Positions 1 through 6,288 of a stretch of DNA of 39,270 nucleotides are shown piece by piece. The notes under the pieces are model-generated. The model was not told the DNA's origin. It saw only the letters and a list, made by a program, of their open reading frames with translations, and did not search any database. The stretch spans positions 1 to 39,270 of the forward strand of contig CBRAFJ010000001.1 of NCBI GenBank assembly GCA_967755195.1, read 5' to 3'. The stretch is from an uncultured bacterium (GTDB lineage Bacteria > Patescibacteriota > Saccharimonadia > Saccharimonadales > Saccharimonadaceae). The position numbers were made by a program, and so were the translations under genes. Positions within the stretch are counted from its first letter, which is position 1. The number at the start of each line of letters is the position of its first letter.

Positions 1-49
1 GACCTTTGGCTCCGCAAGCCAACGCTCTATCCAGCTGAGCTACGGGTGC
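1..49 (-). tRNA. tRNA-Arg (anticodon GCG), partial; 3' portion lies left of the window
   Basis: Reverse complement of 1-49 reads GCACCCG-TA-GCTC-AGCTGGATA-GAGC-G-TTGGC-TTGCGGA-GCCAA-AGGTC. This gives an acceptor 5' arm, a 4-bp D stem (GCTC/GAGC), a 5-bp anticodon stem (TTGGC/GCCAA) and a 7-nt loop with U33 and G37, anticodon GCG. T arm and 3' acceptor are cut off by the window edge. Confidence 0.75.
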
Positions 50-178
50 ATGTCGTAGCCTGTCGGCACTTTCGTACTATCAGGCCACGTCTGTAGTAGA
101 AAGTACCTTCTTACCATGCGGCAAGAACAGGGGGTATTGTAGCACAGATATCAGGGGTAGACAACACTTTGCGGGGGA

Positions 179-730
179 CTAGAAACGGATGCGCTCTGCG
201 AAACGGTCGATGATGCTCAGATCTAACTGTTGCATCGGTAATACCGAGCCCAGAACATCAACAATCATCTCGGCCTGGTCTGGAGGCAAAAAAACGCTCA
301 CCATAGGCATGAAACGCTTGTGTGGCACCAGACGTACCGAGTGCATTGCACCCTCCTGAACTATGCCGAAAAACTTGAAATCGTGCAGGTTAAAGTGTTT
401 TTGGTCGATAGTGATACCGCGGTCCGACAGGGAATAGTTAACCATGTGCGGCGGGCGTCTGCCGATAACGATGATAGCTACTGCCATCACGACGACCAAT
501 ACGCCAAAAGTCCAGCTTTTCATCAGGAACCAGTCTAGAACTAGAAGTACGCTAGTGATCCCTAGCAAAGCCAAGAACCAAACGACACTTTTTTCGTAGT
601 GCACGAATTCAGACGCTTGCCAGGTAATCGCCTCTTCCGGTTCAGCACGGGGAGCCGGAGCTTCGGTGACTACTGGTTGCTCTGGTTCCGCCGCGGGCTG
701 GTAAAAGTTGTCACTTTGCTCTGGTTGCAT
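179..730 (-). CDS. Membrane protein of unknown function: two TM helices plus a C-terminal PH-like soluble domain
   Basis: 183-aa ORF. Acidic/Pro-rich N-terminus, then two adjacent hydrophobic helices (VVWFLALLGITSVLLVLDWFL, TFGVLVVVMAVAIIVIG), then a ~90-aa soluble domain. ATG at 730 lies 6 nt downstream of TGCTATAAT. The PH-like call is pattern memory only. Confidence 0.7.
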   Translation of the reverse strand: MQPEQSDNFYQPAAEPEQPVVTEAPAPRAEPEEAITWQASEFVHYEKSVVWFLALLGITSVLLVLDWFLMKSWTFGVLVVVMAVAIIVIGRRPPHMVNYSLSDRGITIDQKHFNLHDFKFFGIVQEGAMHSVRLVPHKRFMPMVSVFLPPDQAEMIVDVLGSVLPMQQLDLSIIDRFAERIRF

Positions 731-736
731 GGGCTA

Positions 737-745
737 ATTATAGCA
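737..745 (-). promoter_or_regulatory. Extended -10 element TGC-TATAAT, 6 nt upstream of ATG 730 (candidate leaderless promoter)
   Basis: Minus strand reads TGCTATAAT-TAGCCC-ATG. No Shine-Dalgarno fits in the 6-nt gap. Confidence 0.4.
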
Positions 746-765
746 CGAGCTCATTGGTCAGCAGA

Positions 766-774
766 TGCTACAAT
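766..774 (+). promoter_or_regulatory. Extended -10 element TGC-TACAAT, 6 nt upstream of ATG 781 (candidate leaderless promoter)
   Basis: Plus strand reads TGCTACAAT-CAACTC-ATG. Same geometry as the divergent element at 737-745. Confidence 0.4.
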
Positions 775-780
775 CAACTC

Positions 781-1563
781 ATGCTACGCGCCTATTTAAC
801 CCAAATATCTCCCAGTACATGGCTGAAACTACTTGGTATCGTTACTATGACTATCGACCACGTCGGTATGGTGTTCTTTCCCGACCAGATAGCGTGGCGC
901 TTAGTGGGCCGCCTGGCGCTGCCGATATTTTTGTTCGGAATAGTTGAAGGCAACCGCCACACAAGCAGTCACGGTAAATACATCAGCCGACTGCTGGTCT
1001 GTGGAATCATATCTCAGCCGATATTTAGCGCCGTTGCAGGCACGACGATGTTAAACATATGTTTCAGCCTAGCCCTCGCTCTCGGCATGCTGTACTGGCT
1101 CGATAAGATAAAAGGGGATTTGGGGCGAACAATGGTAGTCATAGCGACGATGATGGTCGCTTGGTTGTTCAATGTCGACTACGGCATTTACGGTGTCTTG
1201 TTTACGCTCGTCCTATGGGCAGCTAGTCAAAAGTCGCTGTTTGCCTCAGTGAGCCGAAAAAAGCAGGCTCTAGCTATAGTACTGTTAGTGGCAGGTTTCC
1301 ATCTGTTCGTACTGGTTGAAACTCAGTTAGTTGGGCTACTGGGGTCAGCGAGATTCGGCCTGCGGCAAACTCTGGCCGTCGTCAGTGTCGCCCTTATCGC
1401 CTATGTGGCGTTTATATTGCCACCTCGTCCTCGTAAACCACGGAAACCAGCCGTAACTACAACGGATAAGATTACCCGAGGTGTGAGCAGATACGCTTTT
1501 TACGCCTACTATCCGCTACATTTGGCAATCATCGGGCTAGTCTATACCTGGCTACACAGCTAA
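781..1563 (+). CDS. traX: TraX-family polytopic membrane protein (putative acyltransferase)
   Basis: ORF 754-1563. The TTG at 754 lies upstream of the -10 box, so the in-frame ATG at 781 is preferred. Multi-pass hydrophobic protein with the N-terminal motif LKLLGIVTMTIDHVGMVFFP, which is typical of the TraX family. Confidence 0.65.
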   Translation: MLRAYLTQISPSTWLKLLGIVTMTIDHVGMVFFPDQIAWRLVGRLALPIFLFGIVEGNRHTSSHGKYISRLLVCGIISQPIFSAVAGTTMLNICFSLALALGMLYWLDKIKGDLGRTMVVIATMMVAWLFNVDYGIYGVLFTLVLWAASQKSLFASVSRKKQALAIVLLVAGFHLFVLVETQLVGLLGSARFGLRQTLAVVSVALIAYVAFILPPRPRKPRKPAVTTTDKITRGVSRYAFYAYYPLHLAIIGLVYTWLHS

Positions 1564-1614
1564 AGGGCTCGACTATCAGCCTGACCTCTGGTAAAATATC
1601 TGAGTTATCCTCGT

Positions 1615-1704
<90 letters not shown>

Positions 1705-1859
1705 CGATAGAACTTGTTGCCCCAACCCGATGAAAATTTGCAATTTTCATCGAGAGGAGTAACAACGGATGCAGCGAGCTTTTGGAACTTGTTCCAAAAC
1801 GAGCAAGCAATAGTGTGTTACGACGAGGAGCTACGAGCGTAGTTCCGACCGTATCATAC

Positions 1860-1952
1860 GGAGGAGTACCCAAGTGGCTGAAGGGGACGGTTTGCTAAAT
1901 CGTTAGTACGGAGAGATCTGTAGCGGGAGTTCGAATCTCCCCTCCTCCGCCA
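1860..1952 (+). tRNA. tRNA-Ser (anticodon GCU), CCA encoded
   Basis: GGAGGAG acceptor pairs with CTCCTCC. Anticodon stem ACGGT/ATCGT with loop TTGCTAA (GCT). Long variable arm, T arm GGGAG-TTCGAAT-CTCCC, terminal GCCA. Confidence 0.92.
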
Positions 1953-1959
1953 GAGAAAG

Positions 1960-1986
1960 AGCCAGACGAGTGGTCTGGCTTTTTCT
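1960..1986. terminator. Bidirectional hairpin terminator between tRNA-Ser(GCU) and the 3' end of comFC
   Basis: AGCCAGAC-GAGTG-GTCTGGCT followed by TTTTCT on the plus strand. A T-rich run follows the same hairpin on the minus strand. Confidence 0.6.
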
Positions 1987-2650
1987 ATTGTTCAGGCTGT
2001 CGGGCAACTATCGCCACGTATACTTGTTTGGCACCATTTTCGCGCAACTTTTTTACACACGCCTGCAGGGTAGCACCGGTTGTACATATATCGTCCACTA
2101 GCAGAACGGTCTCTGGGACATGGCCACGTACATCTAATCCTTCGGCAGCGGTTTTTAGGCGTTCGGAGCGTGTTTTGAAATGCTGCGTCCCGCCACTAGT
2201 GCGATGGAGCACTGGTGCTACCGGCATGCGACGTTTTTTGGCAAACGCACGGACAATTAGCATAGTGTGGTCAAAGCCGCGTACTCGACGATGTGACGGC
2301 GCCGTCGGGACTGGGACAATAGCAACATTAGAGGGCAGCAGGGGCAATCGCTCATGGAGTAACTGAGCACAAACCGGTGCTGCCTGACGGACAGAATGAA
2401 ACTTGTATTGGTCGAGTAGGGCTTTTAGCTGGCCGCTACGCTCACTAACCGACCAGCCGCCCGATACACCCCACGCTTTACGGCAACGAGTGCAGATGTT
2501 GTCGTTTCCGGTTGGTTTGCTACATACCAAGCAAAGTGCATAGGGCTCCGATACGATGTCGTTTTTACAAACTTCACACAATACAGACCCTAGATATCCA
2601 CAGCTGCAACAGGAGTGGGGAGCAAACGGTGAGAGTAGGGTATCAAGCAT
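1985..2650 (-). CDS. comFC: ComF-family protein (ComFC-like, phosphoribosyltransferase fold with N-terminal Cys4 zinc ribbon)
   Basis: 221 aa. N-terminal CxxC pairs (CCSCG..CEVCK, CLVC..CTRC). C-terminal PRT motif LLVDDICTTGATL. Confidence 0.85.
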   Translation of the reverse strand: MLDTLLSPFAPHSCCSCGYLGSVLCEVCKNDIVSEPYALCLVCSKPTGNDNICTRCRKAWGVSGGWSVSERSGQLKALLDQYKFHSVRQAAPVCAQLLHERLPLLPSNVAIVPVPTAPSHRRVRGFDHTMLIVRAFAKKRRMPVAPVLHRTSGGTQHFKTRSERLKTAAEGLDVRGHVPETVLLVDDICTTGATLQACVKKLRENGAKQVYVAIVARQPEQ

Positions 2651-2680
2651 TGTAGTTTTTACGTTTCCTTAGAGGTATTA

Positions 2681-2710
2681 TTGCAGAATTTTGACAAACT
2701 AGGCTATACT
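2681..2710 (+). promoter_or_regulatory. Sigma-70-like promoter for hsp20 (TTGCAG-18 nt-TATACT)
   Basis: -35 at 2681-2686 and -10 at 2705-2710. This places the transcription start downstream of the TTG 2681 and ATG 2711 candidate starts, which favours ATG 2753. Confidence 0.4.
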
Positions 2711-2752
2711 ATGTTGGACATACGTCAAAGCCTACGAAGTGGAGGAGAACTA

Positions 2753-3226
2753 ATGGCAAGAGGACAAAAACAGAATGACGATCTTCTTATGGAAGATGAG
2801 CTAGCGGCCGCATTCTTGACTGACGATGCTCCGGTTGAGGAGCCCCAAACTGATGAAACCGCACAAGTTGCCGACGATAGCTGGGAAGACGAAGAGGCAA
2901 TGCCAGGACAGCTAGCTGTTGATGTATACGAGACCGAAGAAAGGCTCGTTATCAAAGCTCGCACTGCTGGTGTTAACAAATCTGATCTAGATGTCAGCAT
3001 CTCTGACGGCATACTAACCATATCTGGCACATTGTCTAGTGGTGACGACTCAGCTGCAACACAGTGGCACATCCAGGAATGTTACTGGGGTGAGTTCAGC
3101 CGTACTCTAGCACTACCAGTACAGGTAAAAGAGGACGAAGTAGAAGCAGTTCTAAAAGACGGCGTTCTGACTATCAGCTTTACAAAAATAAAGACCGAGT
3201 CAGCTCGCAAGATCGAGATCCAATAG
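2753..3226 (+). CDS. Hsp20/alpha-crystallin family small heat-shock protein
   Basis: ORF 2681-3226. In-frame ATG 2753 is preceded by GGAGGAG (2741-2747) with 5-nt spacing. Alpha-crystallin core LAVDVYETEERLVIKARTAGV...GILTISG...FSRTLALPV...AVLKDGVLTISF. Confidence 0.88.
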   Translation: MARGQKQNDDLLMEDELAAAFLTDDAPVEEPQTDETAQVADDSWEDEEAMPGQLAVDVYETEERLVIKARTAGVNKSDLDVSISDGILTISGTLSSGDDSAATQWHIQECYWGEFSRTLALPVQVKEDEVEAVLKDGVLTISFTKIKTESARKIEIQ

Positions 3227-3256
3227 TTACCATTTCGTAGGTGGGACGAACTAGTT

Positions 3257-3284
3257 AAAACACCGTTCTTTAGAGCGGTGTTTT
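3257..3284 (+). terminator. Intrinsic terminator after hsp20
   Basis: AAAACACCG-(10-nt loop)-CGGTGTTTT, with the U-tract forming the 3' stem end. Confidence 0.65.
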
Positions 3285-3364
3285 AATATTGGTGACCAAA
3301 AAAACAGTCGGTGCTAAAGGGTGGATAGCTCGAGGCTAGTGGGCAATTTCTTATCGAGAAATGA

Positions 3365-3391
3365 ATAGGCTGTATTTTACATACAGCCTAT
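3365..3391 (-). terminator. Hairpin downstream of the last pilin gene
   Basis: ATAGGCTGTA-(7 nt)-TACAGCCTAT, a perfect 10-bp stem. A moderately T-rich tail follows on the minus strand. Confidence 0.5.
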
Positions 3392-3441
3392 GAGTCTCGC
3401 AGATAAAAATTGTTCAATAGTCCGAGATATACGCTCGACCG

Positions 3442-3873
3442 CTATCGAGCAGAGGTGCCAGCAAGTGCTTGGGTAACAAAGTTAACTGCAGCGTAAGCCA
3501 GGAAGGCAACGACTATACCAACTATCGCGTATAGTATAGTGTTTTTCGCGGCCGTGACCTGCGACTGGTCGCCACCAGAGATAACGTAACGGATACCGCC
3601 GATGATCAGCATGATGACGCTAATAGCACCAACCAAAAACAGCATAACGTTGGTCACGCGACCAAATATACTGCTTTCACCGCCGAACAGGTCAGCAGGC
3701 TGCTCGTTGCCGCGTGCACAATCAGCGCCAGAGGCGATCGACAGATTGTTCGGGTTGCACGAGGCTGCCGAAACGCTAATATCGTTTACCAGTACAGCTG
3801 CGGCGCCTAGAACAGCAACTGCCAAAAGGGCAGCCGACGCACTTTGGAAAAGTGTTTGTATACGTTTTTTCAT
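3442..3873 (-). CDS. VirB2/TrbC-like T4SS pilin paralog P6
   Basis: 143 aa. Signal peptide (..AAVLVNDISVSAA), Cys pair (SC..DC), helix 1 VTNVMLFLVGAISVIMLIIGG, loop IRYVISGGDQSQVTAAKNTILYAIVG, helix 2. Own promoter, and separated from P5 by a terminator. Confidence 0.78.
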   Translation of the reverse strand: MKKRIQTLFQSASAALLAVAVLGAAAVLVNDISVSAASCNPNNLSIASGADCARGNEQPADLFGGESSIFGRVTNVMLFLVGAISVIMLIIGGIRYVISGGDQSQVTAAKNTILYAIVGIVVAFLAYAAVNFVTQALAGTSAR

Positions 3874-3879
3874 ACCCTA

Positions 3880-3888
3880 TTTATAACA
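3880..3888 (-). promoter_or_regulatory. Extended -10 element TGT-TATAAA, 6 nt upstream of ATG 3873 (candidate leaderless promoter of P6)
   Basis: Minus strand reads TGTTATAAA-TAGGGT-ATG. Same geometry as at 737-745 and 766-774. Confidence 0.4.
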
Positions 3889-3904
3889 TAGCCACCCCTG
3901 AAAG

Positions 3905-3939
3905 GCAAAAACAAACAGCCCCGATTTCCGAGGCTGTTT
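3905..3939 (-). terminator. Intrinsic terminator after pilin P5
   Basis: On the minus strand, AAACAGCC..GGCTGTTT stem (extendable with a G-U pair) followed by GTTTTTG. Confidence 0.65.
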
Positions 3940-3961
3940 GCGTACTTTGTAGCTGGATTTT

Positions 3962-4366
3962 TTATTGGCCAGCGAGTGAGTTGGTAACAAAGCTAACCGC
4001 AGCGTAGGCTAGGAAGGCGATGATGATACCAATGATCGCGTAAAGGATGGTGTTCTTTGCGCTAGTGACCTGAGCCTGGTCACCCTGACTGATAACGTAA
4101 CGGATACCACCGATGATCAGCATGATGACTGAAACAGCACCGATCAGGAAGAGCAGGATGTTAGTAACAGTCTGGAAGATACTTCCTTCACCGAACAGGT
4201 CGTCCGGAGTACTTTCGCTGTTGCTACACTCAGCACCAGCGGCGATGCCCTGAGAAACATCGTCACAGCTAGCAGCGTATGCAGGCGTGGTTACGAATGC
4301 CAAACCAAGTACGAGAGCTGGAACTAGCAGCAGACCTTGGCTGATTTTTTTAATGATAGACTTCAT
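3962..4366 (-). CDS. VirB2/TrbC-like T4SS pilin paralog P5
   Basis: 134 aa. Signal peptide ending PAYA, Cys pair (SC..EC), core ILLFLIGAVSVIMLIIGGIRYVISQGDQAQVTSAKNTILYAIIG. SD AAGGAGAA lies 8 nt upstream of the ATG. Confidence 0.8.
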   Translation of the reverse strand: MKSIIKKISQGLLLVPALVLGLAFVTTPAYAASCDDVSQGIAAGAECSNSESTPDDLFGEGSIFQTVTNILLFLIGAVSVIMLIIGGIRYVISQGDQAQVTSAKNTILYAIIGIIIAFLAYAAVSFVTNSLAGQ

Positions 4367-4421
4367 GAAAAAAGTTCTCCTTAGTTTTTGTCGTATAAAT
4401 ACAGTTTTAGTTATAGCAGAC

Positions 4422-4817
4422 TTATCTTATCTCGCCAACAACCCAGTTAACTATCGCAAATGCCATCATGGCTACTACTAGACCGATAACAGCGTAGAGA
4501 ATAGTGTTACGCGCACTCGATACTTGAGAGGAATCGCCCTGACTAGTAACAAAACGAATGCCGCCGAGAATGATGAAAATGACCGATATAACACCGATAA
4601 TGAACAGTAGTAGGTTGATAATGTTCGTGATGGTACTAGTAAAGTCACCAGCGCGATTACCACCTTCATTACCACCGACAGAGTTGATACCCTGTTGAAC
4701 TTCGTTAGAGTTCGCCATCGCCACGGAAGACTGTAGACTGACCGTAAATGACGCCAGGCCAATGACCATCGCAAGTGCTGCTAACGAGCGAGTGATAGTT
4801 TGTATAAATCGTTTCAT
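4422..4817 (-). CDS. VirB2/TrbC-like T4SS pilin paralog P4 (Cys-free, Gly/Asn-rich mature N-terminus)
   Basis: ORF 4422-4871. Internal ATG 4817 (MKRFIQT..) has SD AAGGAGAAAGAA and avoids overlap with P3. Core LLLFIIGVISVIFIILGGIRFVTSQGDSSQVSSARNTILYAVIG. Confidence 0.78.
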   Translation of the reverse strand: MKRFIQTITRSLAALAMVIGLASFTVSLQSSVAMANSNEVQQGINSVGGNEGGNRAGDFTSTITNIINLLLFIIGVISVIFIILGGIRFVTSQGDSSQVSSARNTILYAVIGLVVAMMAFAIVNWVVGEIR

Positions 4818-4836
4818 TTCTTTCTCCTTTACCTTT

Positions 4837-5202
4837 CTAAATACGGCCAATAACCCAGTTAACGATCGCAAATGCCATCATAGCAACAACCAGGCCAACT
4901 ATAGAGTATATTACCGTGTCGCGGCCGCTATTCACCATCTTTGGATCACCGTTACTGGTAGTAAATCGGATAGCACCTACTATGATCATGATAACTGCAA
5001 CGATACCTATAACAGTCAGCAGCAAGTTAATGACGTTTCTCATCAGCGTCCAGACGCTGTCATCACGACCCTGGCAAACGGCAGTGTTGGCGCTAGCACC
5101 ACTACACGACTGCCAGATGTCGATAGCACTAGCTGGTTCAGCGACAAAAGCGGCAGTCGCTAGACTAACCACAGCTAAAAGTGATATTAGAAACTTTTTC
5201 AT
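4837..5202 (-). CDS. VirB2/TrbC-like T4SS pilin paralog P3
   Basis: 121 aa. Signal peptide ending PASA, Cys pair (SC..VC), core LLLTVIGIVAVIMIIVGAIRFTTSNGDPKMVNSGRDTVIYSIVG. SD AAGGAGGA. Confidence 0.8.
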   Translation of the reverse strand: MKKFLISLLAVVSLATAAFVAEPASAIDIWQSCSGASANTAVCQGRDDSVWTLMRNVINLLLTVIGIVAVIMIIVGAIRFTTSNGDPKMVNSGRDTVIYSIVGLVVAMMAFAIVNWVIGRI

Positions 5203-5211
5203 TGATCCTCC

Positions 5212-5877
5212 TTACCCGGCAAACCTTCCGAGTATTAACTGAACTATAGCAAATCCCATGATGACAAACACTAGACCGACTATCGAATAGATGATGGTAT
5301 TGCGAGCATTCTTAACTTTGCCTGGGTCACCTTGGCTGATGGTAAACATTACGCCGCCGATGATAACAAAGATAACCGCTACAACGCCTGCGATAGGGAA
5401 GATGATGTTGTTTAATATGGCTGCCACCTGACCCTGACCAGCAGCAACATTTGGTAGACCGAAGCCAGTTCTTCCACCGGATATAGATGTAGCTATGACG
5501 TTCACAATGGCGGTAGACGCCAGGGCAACACCAAGTCCGATGACAGCGTTTATGATAGCCTGTTTGGCTCCTTGGGTAGCAGAAGGGTCACCGCGACTCT
5601 TCATGTAGCGGAAACCGCCCCACATGATGAAACCAACCGCCGCATAGCCAACAACGTGTAGCAGCATCTCGACGACATTTAGGGCGATGACCCAGATGTC
5701 GTTCAGGTTATCTATCGTGACAGATCGACAATCGTTACTGACATTGCTGTACCAAGCGGGAAGAGTTAGGATACCCGAAGAACAAGCACGGGCCTCGACT
5801 GGTGGCACAAAAACCACTCCAACCATCACTAGGGCAGCGAAGAACGAAGCCGCAGCCTTTTTCAATATATCTAGCAT
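5212..5877 (-). CDS. Tandem double-domain VirB2/TrbC-like pilin P2
   Basis: ORF 5212-5919. ATG 5877 (MLDILKK..) has a GGGAGG SD and overlaps the upstream TAA as TAATG. Two complete pilin cores: ..GFIMWGGFRYMKSRGDPSATQGAKQAIINAVIG.. and ..IFVIIGGVMFTISQGDPGKVKNARNTIIYSIVG.. Confidence 0.78.
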   Translation of the reverse strand: MLDILKKAAASFFAALVMVGVVFVPPVEARACSSGILTLPAWYSNVSNDCRSVTIDNLNDIWVIALNVVEMLLHVVGYAAVGFIMWGGFRYMKSRGDPSATQGAKQAIINAVIGLGVALASTAIVNVIATSISGGRTGFGLPNVAAGQGQVAAILNNIIFPIAGVVAVIFVIIGGVMFTISQGDPGKVKNARNTIIYSIVGLVFVIMGFAIVQLILGRFAG

Positions 5878-6269
5878 TATAGTAATCCTCCCGGTACGAG
5901 CGCGTTCACGAGCGCCCAACCAAATATAAACAGCAACAGACCTATAACGGCATTTACTATGATAGTTATAGCTTGTTTAGTCTTAGCGGCGTCACCGTTA
6001 CTAGATATGTACATCAGTGCACCCCAGACGATACCACCAACAACTGCTATACCGACACCGATAGCCAAGAAATTAGTGATCTGCAGGACTATCGACATCG
6101 CAGGGTTACCACCTGTGGTGTTACACCTTATTATGTTAGTTTCTATGTCACTACATGACTTGTTAAAGTTCGTAGCCGAAGCAGTACTAAAAGGCAGCAG
6201 GGCAGCAGCTACGGCAACAACCAGTAGTAACGGAACAAGTTTGTAATGTATTTTTGTTATAGTCTTCAT
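5877..6269 (-). CDS. VirB2/TrbC-like T4SS pilin paralog P1 (first gene of the pilin operon)
   Basis: ORF 5877-6317. ATG 6269 (MKTITKIHYK..) gives a normal signal peptide ending SASA. Cys pair (SC..RC), core FLAIGVGIAVVGGIVWGALMYISSNGDAAKTKQAITIIVNAVIG. Confidence 0.72.
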   Translation of the reverse strand: MKTITKIHYKLVPLLLVVAVAAALLPFSTASATNFNKSCSDIETNIIRCNTTGGNPAMSIVLQITNFLAIGVGIAVVGGIVWGALMYISSNGDAAKTKQAITIIVNAVIGLLLFIFGWALVNALVPGGLL

Positions 6270-6288
6270 TTCATATACCTTATCTAAA

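Noticed and set aside
2711-2752. RNA thermometer (ROSE/fourU-like) in the hsp20 5' UTR
   Set aside because: I could not find convincing pairing that sequesters the GGAGGAG SD. Only a weak 6-bp TAGGCT/AGCCTA inverted repeat lies upstream.
4762-5242. Plus-strand ORFs 4762-5163 and 4916-5242 (also 3602-3886 and 5959-6246) opposite the pilin genes
   Set aside because: These are mirror-frame ORFs created by the codon structure of the hydrophobic pilin genes. The minus-strand frames give coherent signal-peptide plus two-helix pilins with SD sites, and the plus frames do not.
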